This document shows, one piece after another, positions 40,401 to 53,819 of a stretch of DNA of 64,000 bases (within the stretch, counting starts at the first letter, position 1; each line of letters begins with the position of its first letter). Position numbers and translations under genes: made by a program. The DNA lies in NCBI RefSeq assembly GCF_018350175.1, contig NC_058368.1, forward strand, positions 201,006,001-201,070,000. Reading direction: 5' to 3'. Under the pieces are notes generated by a model, which searched no databases, was not told the DNA's origin, and worked only from the letters and a program-made list of their open reading frames with translations. Source of the stretch: Felis catus (Eukaryota).

Positions 40401-41138
40401 TTCTAAGATTAACCTGACTGTACAGAAGAGACCTAGAGGTAAGCCATTGGAAATTACCCAGTCAGAAGAGTAAAAGGAAGAAAAATAAATAAGATTGAAG
40501 AATTATGTTACACAATGAAAAGAAACACTATTTGCAGTATAGGAATTCCAGAAAAAGAAAAGAAAGAGAAAGGGACAGAAAATATACTTAAAGCAATAAT
40601 GGCTTAAATTTCCCAAAACCTGGGGAGAGAAATCAACATTCAAACCCATGAGGCCCAAAGTAGCATAAACACATTGACTCTGAAGAGGGCTACCTTGAAG
40701 CATATTATAATTAAATTGGAAAAAAGTCAAGAATAAAGAAAGGATTTTGAAAGCAGCAAGAGAAAGGAAAGCAGTTATATACATAAGACTATGGGCAGAT
40801 TTCTCAACAGAAGCTTTTCAAGTCATGAGAGAATAAGATGGCATATCAAAACATTGAAACAAAATAATCATCATCCAAGAATTCTATACCTGGCAAATCT
40901 GTCCTTCAGTAATGAAGGAGGGATAAAGACTTTCCCAAACAAATAAAACCTGAGGGGGTTCGTTACTGCCACATCTGTCTTACAAGAAATGCAAAAGGGA
41001 ACTAAAAGAATACTAATTAACATCATAAAAACATGTAAAAGTAGTGGAAACATCACTGGTAATTGTAAATATGCAGTCATAATTAGATTCTGCAATATGG
41101 TAATAGTGGTGCATAATTCACTTACAACTCAAACTTAA

Positions 41139-41365
41139 GGGGCGCCTGGGTGGCGCAGTCGGTTAAGCGTCCGACTTCAGCCAGGTCACGATCTCGTGGT
41201 CCGGGAGTTCGAGCCCCGCGTCAGGCTCTGGGCTGATGGCTCGGAGCCTGGAGCCTGTTTCCGATTCTGTGTCTCCCTCTCTCTCTGCCCCTCCCCCGTT
41301 CATGCTCTGTCTCTCTCTGTCCCCCAAAAAATAAATAAACGTTGAAAAAAATTTTTTTTTAAAAA
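41139..41365 (+). mobile_element. Young felid Can-SINE
   Basis: CpG-rich head ggcgcagtcggttaagcgtccgacttcagccagg. Confidence 0.97.
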
Positions 41366-41660
41366 GTTAAAAAAATGAACATAATAAAAATAACCATAAC
41401 TACAATAATCTGTTATTAGTTACACAATATTAAAAATGGCAATAATCTAAAATGTGAAGGAAAAGAGAAGTAAAAGTGTAAAGTTTATGAGGCTTACTGA
41501 AGTTGTTACTAGTTTAAAATAGGGTGTTATAAGTTTAAAATATTTTATACAAGCATCATGGTAACCATAAGGGAAAATCCTATAGTAATTATGCAAAAGA
41601 ACCAGTAAAGAGGTCCAAGCATATTGATACCAAAAGACATCAGAACACATACAAAATAAA

Positions 41661-41875
41661 CACATGGGTGGCTTAGCCAGTTAAGCAACCCACTCTTGAT
41701 TTCAGCTCAAGTCATGATCTTGCAGTTTGAGGGATAGAGCCCTGTGTTGGGCTCCATGTTGTCAGCATGGAGCCTGCATGGGATTCTCTCTCTCCCTCTC
41801 TTTCTGCTCTTCCCCCACTTGTACTTTCCCTCTCTCTTTCTCAAAACAAATAAATAAACATAACTTAAAAAAAAC
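41661..41875 (+). mobile_element. Older Can-SINE
   Basis: Diverged head, CT tract and A tail. Confidence 0.9.
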
Positions 41876-44440
41876 ACAGTAGGATAAAAAACAAGAAATA
41901 ATGGATCTGCAAAATAACCAGAAAATAATTAACAAAATGGCAATAGTAAGTTCTTAACTATTAACAATTACATTAACTGTAAATGGATTCAATTTTATAA
42001 TTAAAAGACATGGAATGGCTGAATGGATTAAAAAAATAAATAAATAAATCCAACAACATGTTGCCTACAAGAGATGCACTTTAGCCTTAATGACCCATAT
42101 AGACTGACTGAAAAAGATATTTTCTGCAAATGGTAACTTCAAAAGAGCAGGGGTAGCTATATTTATGTCAGACAAAACAGACTTTAAGCTAAAAATGGTG
42201 AGAAGATACAAATAGAGTCATTATATAATGATAAAGAGGTCAATGAATCAAGAAGATATAGCAATTGTAAATATTTATGTGCCCAAACATTGGAACATCT
42301 GAATATATAAAGCAAATTCTAGTAGAGCTAAAAGAAGAAATATATGGTAATACAAAAATAGTTGGAGACTTTAATACCCCACTTTCAACAATGAATAAAT
42401 CATTCAGACAGTATCAACCAGGAAAAAGCAGATCTGAACACCAAATAGACCAAGTGGACCTAACAGACATATACAGAACATTCTATTCAACAACAGAACA
42501 CACATTCTTCTCAAGTTAACATGGAACACTTTCTAGGATAAACCATACGTCAGGCCAAACAAGTCTTAGCAAATTCAAGAAGATTTAAACCATACCAAGT
42601 ATCCTCTCTGCTACAATAGCTAAATAAATAAACAATCAAACAAATAGAGAAATTAATAACAAGAGGAAAACTGGAAAATTCAGGAATGCATGGAAATTAA
42701 AAAAAAAATCTCCTGAACGACAAATGGATCAAAGAACTTAAAGGGGAAATAAAAATTTTTCTTGAGACAAATGAAATTTTCATTTCATATACCAGAACTT
42801 ATGGGACACAGCAAAGCAGTTACAAGAGGGAAGTGTATAGCAACAAATGCTTACATTAAGAAGCAAAAAAGATCCTAAATAAACAATCTAACTCTAAACT
42901 TTAAGGAACTAGAAAAAGACAACCTGAACTCCAAAGTTAGCAGAAGAAAGGAAGTAGTAAAGATTAGAGCAGAAATAAATGAAATGGAGAACAGAAAAAC
43001 AATAGAAAAGATCAACTGAACTAAAGTTTGTTTTTTGAAAAGGTAAAATGAACAAACCTTTAACTGACTAACCAAGAAAAACAGAGAAAGGACTCAAATC
43101 AACAAAATTATGAATGAAAAAGGAGACATTATAACTTATATCACAAATTTAAATGATTATAAAGGCTAATATGAACAACTATACACCAATAAACTGTACA
43201 ACCTGGAAGAAATGGAAAAATTCTTAGAAACATACAACTTATCAAGAGTGAATCAGGAAGAAATAGAAACTCTGAATAGACAAATTATGAGTAAGAAGAT
43301 TGAATGACTAATAAAAATTCTCCCAACAAAGAAATGTCAGGACCAGATGGCTTCACTGGTGAATTTTACCAAACACGTAAAGAAGAATTAACATCAATCC
43401 TTCTCAAACTCTTCCAAAAAATCAAAAAGGATAAAACACTCCCAGAGTCATTTTATAAGGCCAGTATTATTCTGATATCAAAACCAGAAAAGGGTATTGC
43501 TAGAAAATAAAACCAGAAGATAATATCTCTAATAAATATAGATACAAAAATTCTCAATAAAATACTAGCAAATGAAATTCAGTAGCACATTAAAAAGATC
43601 ACTCACCATGATCAAGTGGGAGTTATCCCTGGGACGCAAGGATGCTTTAATATATGCAAGTCAATCAGTGTGATTCATCACATTAATAGAATGAAAAAAA
43701 ATGATATGATCATCCCCATAGACACAGAAAAAGCATTTGACAAAACTCAACATCCAAACATCCATTCATGATAAAAACTCTTAACAAATTAGGCATAAAA
43801 AGAACATATCTCAACATAATAAAGGCTGTATATAACAAGTCCACAGCTATCATCATACTCAATGGTGAAAGGTTTGAAAGTTTTTCCTCTAGGATCGGGA
43901 ATAAAACAAGGGTATCCATTCTCAGGACTTTTATTCAACAAGGTACCAGAAACCTTAGCTACAGTAATCAGGCAAGAAAAAGAAATGAAAGGTATCAGAA
44001 TTGTAAAAGAAGAAGTAAAATTGTCTTCATTTGTAGATAGCATACTTATATGCATCGAAATCCTAAAGACTGAATGAAAAGACTATTTAGATATAATGAA
44101 TGAATTCAGTAAAGTTTCAGGATACAAAATTAACATAAAAAAATCACTTCTATACACTAAATGAATTTTCTGAAAAAAAAAATCAATCCCATTTACAACA
44201 GCATCAAAAACAGTAGAATACTTAAGAATAAGTTTAATGAGGTGAAAGATCCCTCCCTCTAAACTACAAGACATTGATGAAAAAAATAAAAAAGACAAAT
44301 AAATAGAAAGGTATCCTGTGTCTCTGGTTGGACAAATTAATATTACTAAAATGTCAATATTACCAAAACCCTTTAGATTCAATGTGAGTCCTATCAAGAT
44401 TCCAATGACATTTTTTTAAAGAAGTAGACAAAACACTCCT

Positions 44441-44665
44441 GGGGTGCCTGTGTGGCTCAGTCGGTTGAGTGTCTGACTTTGGCTCAGGTCATGATCTTGT
44501 GGTCTGTGAGTTCGAGCCCCATGTCGGGCTCTGTGCTGACAGCTCGGAGCCTGAAGCCTGCTTCAGATTCTGTATCTCCCCCTCTCTCTGCTCCTCCCAC
44601 ACTCATGCTCTGCCTCTGTCCCTGTCAAGGATAAATAAACATTAGAAAAAAAATACAAAAAAAAA
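44441..44665 (+). mobile_element. Can-SINE in L1 ORF2
   Basis: TSD aaagaagtaga(c/a)aaaacactcct. Confidence 0.96.
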
Positions 44666-45053
44666 AAAGAAGTAGAAAAAACACTCCTAAAATTTATATG
44701 GAACCACAAAAGACACAGAATAGCCACAGAAATCCTGAGAAAGAAGACCAAAGCAGGAACCATCACACTTCCTGATTTTAAGCTATCCTATCAAGCCATA
44801 GTTATCAAAACAGTACGGTACTGCATAAACATAGATGAAAAGACCAACTGAACAGAATCAAAAGCCCAGAAATAAACTGAAGCATATATAGTCAACTAAT
44901 ATTTGACCAGGGGAGCCAAGAATACTCAACGGAGAAAAGATCCTATTCAATAAATGGTGCTGGGATAGTTGGATATTTATAGGTAAAAGAATGAAACTAG
45001 ACTCGTATCCTATATCACTACAAAAATTAACTTATAATGAATTAAAGACTTGA

Positions 45054-45295
45054 GGTGTACCTGGGTGGCTCAGTTGTTAAGCGTCTGACTTTGGTTCAGG
45101 TCTTGATCTCACAGTTAATGAGTTGGAGCCCCACCTTGGGCTCTGCACTGACGGCTCAGAGCTTGGAGCCTTCTTTGGTTTCTATGTCTCCCTCTTTCTC
45201 TCTGTCCTTCCCCCATTTGTACTTTCTTTCTCTCTTTCTCAAAAGTAAATAAATAAACATTAAAAAATAAAATAAATAAAATTTAAAAAATAATA
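45054..45295 (+). mobile_element. Can-SINE in L1 ORF2
   Basis: TSD aatgaattaaagacttga. Confidence 0.95.
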
Positions 45296-46734
45296 AAATG
45301 AATTAAAGACTTGAATGTAAAATCTGAAACCATAGAACTCCTAGAGAAGATGCAGGAATAAAGTTCTTTGACATGGGTCTTGATAATGATTTTCTGGCTA
45401 TAATACCTAAACTACAAATAACAAAATAAGAAATAAATGAGACTACATCAAACTAAAAAGCTTCCACAGCAAAAGAAACAATCAACAAAGTGAAAAAACA
45501 ATCTATGGAATGGAAAAAAAATTTCACAAACCACATATCTGATAAGCGATTAATATCCAAAATGCATAGAAAACTCATAAACTCAATAGCAATAATAATA
45601 ACTCAATTAAAAATGGCAAATGACCTGAATAAACGTTTCTCCAAAAAAGATATACAAAGGCCAACAGGAACATGAAAAATACTCAGCATCCCTAGCTGGA
45701 TCTTGAAGGGTTTATGCTAAGTGAAAGAAGGCAGGCAGAGAAGGACAAATTCTTGCAGTTTCACTTTTATGTAGAATCTAAAAAACAAACAAACAAACAA
45801 ACAAATCTCACTGAAAAAGAAATCAGATTTACCAGAGGCAAATGTTGGGGGGCAAAGGGGGGATTGGAGGAAGGTGGTCAAAATGTATAAGCTTCTGGTT
45901 ATAAGACAATGTAATGTACCCCATGATGACTATAGCTAACACTGCTGTATGATACACAGGAAAAGTTTTTAAGAAAGTAAATCCTATGAGTTCTAATCAC
46001 AGAGATCTTTTTTTTTCTTTTGTCTTTTCTTTCTTTTCTTTTTATTGCATGTATATAAGAAGATGAATGTTGGCTGAACCTATTGCGATCATTTTGCAAT
46101 ACATATAAATCAAACCATCACACTGTAGGCTTTAAACTTATACAGTGATGGATGTCAATTATTTCTCAATAAAACTGAGTGGGGGGAGGAAGAAAATACA
46201 TTACGATTGTCTCACAAACTGTTGTTATGTGGCAGGTATATACTCAAAATATGAAAATACATTCTACCTTTTATTTCTAGCCAAGATAAAATTATAAGAT
46301 TTAGAACATTTGGGAAAGAATAGGGAATACTTTGTAAATTAACTGAACAAGGTGACCAAAACTATATGTATGGTCTTCTTAGAAATGTAGAATGTTATTT
46401 ATTCCCCTCATTAAACAAATGCCAGTTTAGTACTGTTATAAAGGCTGCACTGAGCATATAAGCCAGGGGGAGAATAGAACCAGGAAAGGGTGGATTCTAG
46501 TGTTTGAACATCGGCTAGTGCTCCGCATAATTCCTTCTTAGAGGTTAGATGAATGACCAATGTTTTTGATAGTTTTTCTTCTACCACACCAGCACAATAT
46601 TTAGTCTTGCGTGACTAATAAAAGGTAGTTCAAAAGTTATTCAGTTCATTTCATATCATTTTTCCTAGAAGAGAATATTTCTGTGTAAGCCGAATCAGAA
46701 CATCAACATGAGTATAACCTGATCCAAGACTTAC

Positions 46735-47083
46735 CTTTTATGTTGTTTTTAAGTAGGAGAGATTCAGTAGTTGCATAGGATCGTTAGTAAATGTGGCATA
46801 TTGAATGGCACCAACCAATCACAAAGGACAGAAATGGATTATCTTAGTGAAAACAACACAAACTGGGGGGTTTAGTGGCCTTTTGACAGGAATGCCAAAG
46901 GAAGCTTCTGACCACTTACAATAGAATGTTAATAGCTAACGCCACTTCAACACTGACAGCTCTGAAGTGAGAGGCCACTAATCTCTGTTTGTAATATCCA
47001 CAGTTGAAGGAAAAAATAAGTATTTCTTCTTAAGCATGGGATAAGCATTAACTGTCTAAAAATTTCGGGAATGTTCTACATGT
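46735..47083 (-). pseudogene. Exon relic
   Basis: Very strong acceptor tcttctttttttctctgactttcag and donor aag|gtaagt. NAYPMLKKKYLFFPSTVDITNRD with several stops. Confidence 0.7.
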
Positions 47084-47912
47084 CTGAAAGTCAGAGAAAA
47101 AAAGAAGACAGCCATGGACAAGGAATCAGGTTTTTTCACTCCTGAACCAAAATATATGATTAAAATGGAATGTAGTTTCCAAGACCAATCAATTCACCAG
47201 TCAGTTCTTATTTAGAATAGCTGCATATGTACTATGAATGCTTTACATATGCATTTTGATGAGAATTTAGCCTCTATATGTAGAGAGGGTTGTGCTAAGA
47301 ACAGTGTCTATGTTTTTAATTAAAAAAAAAAAACAAGCCAATTCATAAAGGAATCTTTGTTAGGGAGCTGATGCTTCAAATTTGAAATGGAATCTGTTCA
47401 TTAGCTCTACATTATTCAGGACTATAAAAAGGAGACATTTTAACAATCCTGGGCTCAATTAGGCATCAACTGCTATCCTGGCAGAAACCTGGCATGAATC
47501 TTGTTCTTAGGAAGTTTGGATGGCATTATTTACAATTTGTTCCTCAGGGAATGCCCTGCGAAAGACAAGCCTGGTTGCCGTCATAACTTATGATACTAAC
47601 CTCATAATTCTCCACCCGACAGCTCAATTGTACATCCTTCATTTAATCAGATGGCAACATACTATTACTCCTCACTTCTCAGTTTTCGGGAATCAAGGAA
47701 AACAGTTTACGTTTATGAAATCACAGTATCTAAGCATCAACTTTTCTTTCAAGTGGTTTAACCCATAGGTGAGCATTGAAGAAGTCGGTGCCAATAGTCT
47801 AATTACTATAAAAAAAAAACTGATTTAAACTTGAAATTTTCCAAACATCTGTTCAATGTACAGATTAATTGAAATGATTACACTGTTCTTTATTTATTAG
47901 CCATTATCTTAC

Positions 47913-48684
47913 TTGAATGTTTGGGGTTTTTTCTTGGAATCTGTCCTCTTGTTTGCTGCAACCAAACTAAGGATCTGACTTGCCCTTTGAGCCATACAAA
48001 ATTTCTTTCTTTAGGCATTGTGTAAAGTTGAAGTCAAGGGGTTTTTAAATACCACACAAATGCAAAATTATAAAAAGGGAGACTGCCAGTTGTGTTTGAC
48101 AAATGATATCTCGGAAAACTGACTAGTAAGGCATTTCCATTATTACATTTTATGTCAAAGTCATCTATAGGGTTAAATTCTAAAAACTAGTTAAATTCTT
48201 TTTATTTGTGCAGATTTTACTTATTGTTCTTTTTCCCTTCCTTTTAGTCTTACTTTAGTTCATTAGATGCAGTAATATCTCCCTTGTCTGTGACAATTTC
48301 CATTAATATCTCAAAGGCAGCTATTAAGCCTCATTACAAGAAAAGATTATAGAAGGATACTGCACACAATAACCGTGAAGATAAAGACAATAGTCACATT
48401 TTCATTTGTTTCTTTGTTCTTAAGATGCAAATCAAACGTGGAGCTCTTTTTAGCCTGCTTTTCTCAGTTTATACTTTCAAAGCTTTGGGAAAAGGAAAAA
48501 CCTCCGCAGCTAAATCAATTCTAGTATTTGGATTATTTCTTTCTCAAAATGCAACAAAGACATGTACCTGCTGTCAGAAATTTGCCAGGACATATTACTC
48601 TCAAAATCTCATTGTCAAGGAATTCAGAAAAAACTACTAGAGTTTCATCATTTACATAAGTTATTCGCCGGAATTAACTGTGGG
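47913..48684 (-). pseudogene. Three exon relics (48568-48684, 48254-48482, 47913-48122)
   Basis: Donors cag|gtacat, gtaaga and gtaaga. Peptides FRRITYVNDETLVVFSEFLDNEILRVICPGKFLTA and SVFRDIICQTQLAVSLF. Confidence 0.55.
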
Positions 48685-50766
48685 CTATAATGAAGCTAAT
48701 TAGTGGTTGTTGCAGAGACACTTTATAAAGTATTCGTTATTACCAACAATAGTCCATCATTCCATCAAAATACTTAAAACATCAATTCTTTAGACAATCA
48801 TCTAAACATATCCATGGGAAATTATGTCTGAGGAAACTCAGTCAAACCCCCAAGAAATAAAATGTTTATGGGTTTTTAATCTAAATTGATTCCTTTAAAA
48901 TAAATGTATTGTGGTTCATATAAGAAGTTTGAAATCCAGGTTCGGTGACAATCTTTCTTTTATATTTGGTAGATATTGAAATATTGATAAGAATTATAAA
49001 ATATCAATACCAAGTAAATTAATTTCTACTTACATAACTAAGATATGGCAGAATGAGGGGTGTATAAATAGGTCAGGGACTTAACTCTGATTATCTAATG
49101 ACAAGGCAGATTTATCCTTCTGTGTTTTTTAATTATCTGAAATATTTTAATTTCCTTTTGAACTTTATTCTAAACTATACACTCAATAATGGTAAAGATA
49201 GAATCAGTCACTTCATATATCTCTCACCCATCAATAAATAAATGTTGAATTCTACTAAAATTAATAAATGATGAAAAGAAAACTTGAAGCTAAATGTTAT
49301 GCTTCATAGTCAATATTAATAATAAAAAATTCTGCATTGAGTGCTATTTTACCTGAGAAATTAAATGTTTATGAGCTGCTAGGGTAAGAATTGACAAAAG
49401 GAAATAAGGCTATCTTAAGACCCTTCAGCCTCCATTTCTGTCTCCTTTCCTTACCTCCTCCACTTTGGAGTTCATTCTCTTACATTTCCAGCAATGCTCA
49501 CAACTTCCTCACCCTTTATACTCATATTCCAATTACAATTTCACTTAAGAAGAGTTAGTATTTGCTGGGTTTTTTTTTTTTTTCTAACCACGCATTCACA
49601 CCTCCACCATTTGCTGCCCTCTGTGTTCATCATTCTTCCAAAGGTACTCACTTGTAGATCAGTACTGGCATCTTCACTACCAAATTCAAGAGCATTAGTT
49701 CAGTATGTTCCTACTTACACCCACCAGGGCACACAGCTAGGTTTCCTTCTGCTTGTCTGACACAAATGCATTCTTCTAATTCTACTTTTTCAATTTCTTT
49801 GTTCCTCTTGCCCCTCCGCGTAAAGATTGCCTATAGCTGTGTTTTCAGTTTTTAAACTTTTTCCTCAACCATTCAACCCATTCTCCTCACTGCCTTCAAA
49901 TATCCCCAGATAATACTTCCCAATGGCTGTCCAAATATATCTGACTGTGCCCCGTCACGGTATTGTTCATAGAACTCTTTCTTGCATAAGATGTTAATAG
50001 ATGTTTCAAGATTATAAATATATATAATGTATAGCCTGATACTAATATATATTATATTCTTTATGTATATTTACATACAGAGAGAAAGAGAGATCCCTTG
50101 GTACATGGTCAAGGAAATTTTGCATTTTCCTAGATCTTTACAGTGGAAAGAGCAGAACTCTTACAAAAACAAAATAAATAAAATTTACTTTACCCACATT
50201 TTCTAAGATTTATTTAATCCTAGAACGATTCTTTGTTTTTGTTTTTCGAGCATCTCTTAATATCTTGTGGAGCACAGTGTTCTGTGCAACACAGTTCATT
50301 TACATGCTAGTCTTTCAAAATCCATTCTCTATTCTCACGGTTCTTAACCCCATTGTAAATCATCTTCTGGGAATGTTTTCCAAGAAATAGTTATGGAAGT
50401 CATATTTACAATAATGGATACATTAATTCAAATAGTTTAAGTTATATTTGTGGGCATCTTTTTCCATCCAAGTTCTTCAAATTTCCATTGACTTGGTTTC
50501 CCAAAAGGACTTGCTAGAAATATTCAGTCCTGATCCTAAGAAAGGAACTGACTCCCTTCATCTACAAATATTTTTCTTATGATGACAAAAAAGACTAAAT
50601 ACAGAATATGCTAAATTTTGAAGTATGTGGCAATTGGGTAGATGGAACACTAATGAATGAAATCAAGCTGATCTAAGGTCTCTCATTCTGTTATCTCCTA
50701 CTCTTTCTTTCTTACTATTTCTTTTCCTACCACTGCCACCCAATTGTCTAAAAGTCATAAAAATAC

Positions 50767-51153
50767 CTCCTTTTTCACTGATTGCCCTCTGATAGAGGAC
50801 ACTGGAAGAAAGAACTAATGAGCACGAACACTTGTAAGCACATAATTGGCATTTTTGAGTGAAACACAATAAAATTCTTGCTAAACATCTGGAACTAAGA
50901 CACCTTTTGCATAAAACCAAGATCATTTTGCACAATATGGCTGATCTCAGCATCCTCAAAAAGGGCAAATTCTCAAGAGAGCAGCCCAGTATGGATTACT
51001 TCAGGAATAGGGAGTCAGATGAATGGCATATGGATTAGTGCTTTCTGTAATATGATAAGAGCGTGACAGTATCAGAACTCTGTTTAATATGGCATGATCT
51101 TTCCCCAGAAGAAAGCAAAGGAAGATTGTATTCCATCAAGGGGAATTACAAAG
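50767..51153 (-). pseudogene. Exon relic
   Basis: taatttacag|...gag|gtattt. EFALFEDAEISHIVQNDLGFMQKV; DSLFLK/SNPYW. Confidence 0.5.
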
Positions 51154-51610
51154 CTGTAAATTACATCGTGTCACAGCCAGCAATATTAAATACCAAGTTT
51201 TTAATTAGCAGTGTTAATTTTATTTTGTTACTAAGATATATTTCTACAATACTCAGAGGCACTTTTTGGTGAAAACATATCTATTCAGACCTAAAATTGA
51301 GGAAGAAAAACCCAGGTATATGATATGGCAGTGAACAATTGCGATACATGATTTGGCAGTGAACAAAATTTATCAGTAAGATAAATGGATTTATATTTAG
51401 AGTGTACCTGTTTCTAATGTATCATGTTAAACCTACAAGTAATAAGAAACGAAGATGTTTCTGACTTTAAGGATTCTTTCTGGAAATATTAAATAAGGTA
51501 TTAAGAAAATGTCATCCAGTGATTGTGTATAATGAGAGCATGTGACCACTTGTATGTATATTCTCAATCTGTCATCTGTTACAATACTCTTGGGTTGTTT
51601 ACATTCATTT

Positions 51611-51831
51611 ATTTTTTTAAGTTTATTTATTTTTGAGAGAGACAGAGACAGCACGAAGTGGGTGGGGGGTCAGAGAGAGAGGGAAAGAGAGAGAATCTCA
51701 AGCAGGTTCCAGGCTGTCAGCACAGAGTCCAACAAAGGGCTCAAATTCACAAAACTGTGAGATCATGGCATGAGCCAAAACCAAGAGTCAGATGCTTAGC
51801 TGACTGGGCCATCCAGGTGCCCCTTTTTACT

Positions 51832-51866
<35 letters not shown>

Positions 51867-51869
51867 TAT

Positions 51870-51905
<36 letters not shown>

Positions 51906-52073
51906 ATGAGCAGGGGAGGGGCAGAGAGACAGAGACAGAATCTGAAGCAGGTTCCAGACTCCTAGCTGTCAGCACAGAGCCCGACACAGGGCTCGAACTC
52001 ATGAGCAGTGAGATCATGACCTGAGTACAAATCAAGTGTTGGATGCTTAACTGATCATGCCACCCAGGTGCCC
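51611..52073 (-). mobile_element. Two head-to-tail Can-SINEs (51611-51823, 51824-52073)
   Basis: Two antisense SINE bodies; shared outer TSD tacattc(a/c)ttta. Confidence 0.95.
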
Positions 52074-52188
52074 TACATTCCTTTAAATTGAGGAATCAAT
52101 TGTCTTGAAATCATGGAACCAATCCCACTAGGTTGCCAAAACAATTTCATTTATTTGAACTTGTGGCGCTGCAAAAATGAATTCATAC

Positions 52189-52227
52189 CATTAACCTACA
52201 TCATTGTGGTGATGCTCGAGCGGGATG
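52189..52227 (-). pseudogene. Possible 39-bp exon relic
   Basis: tttgtctctttgtag|...atg|gtatga. Confidence 0.4.
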
Positions 52228-52355
52228 CTACAAAGAGACAAATGGGAAACTAGATAAAAATCATGTAACATGATTGAGGCATCTTCCAGTAGAACAAAGA
52301 ATAAAGGCTCTGAACTGAACAATCATATGTGAATCCAGGTTTGGCCACTAACCAG

Positions 52356-52556
52356 TTTTTTTTTTAATGTTTATTTATTTCTGAGAGAGAAAGAGAGTGG
52401 GGGTGGGGGTGGGGAGAGAGGGAGACAGAGAAACCCAAGCAGGCTCTGCACTGTCAGCTTAGAGCCCAATACAGGGCTTGAACTCATGAGCCCATGAGAT
52501 CATGACCTGATCTGAAATCAAAAGTCAGATGTTTGACTGAGCCACCCAGGCACCGC
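52356..52556 (-). mobile_element. Can-SINE
   Basis: TSD gccactaaccagt. Confidence 0.95.
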
Positions 52557-52827
52557 TGCCACTAACCAGTCTTAAAAACCATGAGACAAGATCTCATATT
52601 TCACTCTTATTATTGAAATATATTCCACTTATGTCAAAGATTTATACAGAAAATCTAACAGCATGAAACTATTAAAAGAAACATATTTTTACTTTTGTTT
52701 TTATTGTAAGATATCACATATATAGAAAAGAACATAAAAATGCATGAGAGTTTAAAATCTAATTAGAACAAAACCTATTTTACACCATCCAATATAGACA
52801 TAGACAAAGCCTTAGTCCCCCTCACTT

Positions 52828-53030
52828 ACTAGTATGCTGGTAAATGTGTAACAACTAGTTGTCCCTAGGAAAAATGACCCCAAATCTCTCATTTGTAGCA
52901 TTTTCTGATTTGGGTGGCATAAATACTTTCATAATGATAAATTTCAAGTTACCAATGGTTAACAAACTCCTGAAAATTTAGCAATTAGCTCTTGCTAGCT
53001 GAGAAGCCACATAAGCTCTCAACTGCAGTG
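52828..53030. mobile_element. MER63-like hAT DNA transposon relic
   Basis: tgctggtaaatgtgtaacaact...ctcctgaaaatttagcaattagctcttgctagc resembles MER63 as recalled. Confidence 0.6.
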
Positions 53031-53513
53031 ATCACAGTGATCTGGAAAGAGTGTCACTTTGACTGGGTTTGAACTATATGTAATGGTAAAATATAATGTA
53101 TTCATTTGTGCTTTGCTTCTATTACACAGTATGTTTGTGGAATTCATCTATGTGGTTGTACATAGCTATGGTTCTTTCATTTCCACATTTAGCAGATGCT
53201 GCAGTGCTGTGTAACATTCCTTCCAGGAATGAACCACAAATTACGTATCCATTCTACTACAGTTGACATTTCAATGGGCTAGGTTGTTTCTTTAATGAAC
53301 AATGCTGCCATGAATATTCTAGTTCATGTCTCCTGGTACACATTGGCAAAGTTTCTCCAAGACACATAGCAAGGGGTAAAATTATTAAATATTACCAAAC
53401 TGTTGTCCAATGAAGTTGACTCATTCACACTCGCAGCAACAGTAGAATAATTGCTGTTGCACTATATCTACTAGCAACAAATATTTTGTACTCCCCGAAT
53501 AGGGAAAATTTAA

Positions 53514-53725
53514 GGGCACCTGGGTGGCTCAGTCAGTTAAGCTTCCGACTTCGGCTCAGGTCATGATCTTGAGGTCTGTAAGTTTGAGCCCCACGTCAGG
53601 CTCTGTGCTGACAGCTCAGAGCCTGGAGCCTGTTTCAGATTCTGTGTCTCCCTCTCTCTCTGACCCTCCCCCATTCATGCTCTGTCTCTCCCTGTCTCAA
53701 AAATAAATAAACGTTAAAACAAATC
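53514..53725 (+). mobile_element. Can-SINE
   Basis: TSD aataggga(a/g)aattta. Confidence 0.96.
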
Positions 53726-53819
53726 TAATAGGGAGAATTTATAATGGTATCTCATTGTGGTTTAAATTTCAATTTCCATGAAGATTATCATTGAGGTTGA
53801 TGTCTTCAAACTTCAAACA

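Larger units (their letters stand above)
38300..46190 (+). mobile_element. Older near-full-length L1: long 5'UTR, ORF1 about 40.1-41.0 kb, ORF2 about 41.9-45.7 kb, 3'UTR; carries four SINE insertions
   Basis: Peptides [22 protein letters not shown] and [10 protein letters not shown]; 3' end ttatttctcaataaaactg; weak TSD candidate gaaagtaacattac / gaaaatacattac. Confidence 0.92.

Noticed and set aside
51317..51366. Two 22-bp direct repeats with a 6-bp spacer, superficially array-like
   Set aside because: Only two copies; a simple local tandem duplication, not CRISPR (mammalian DNA).
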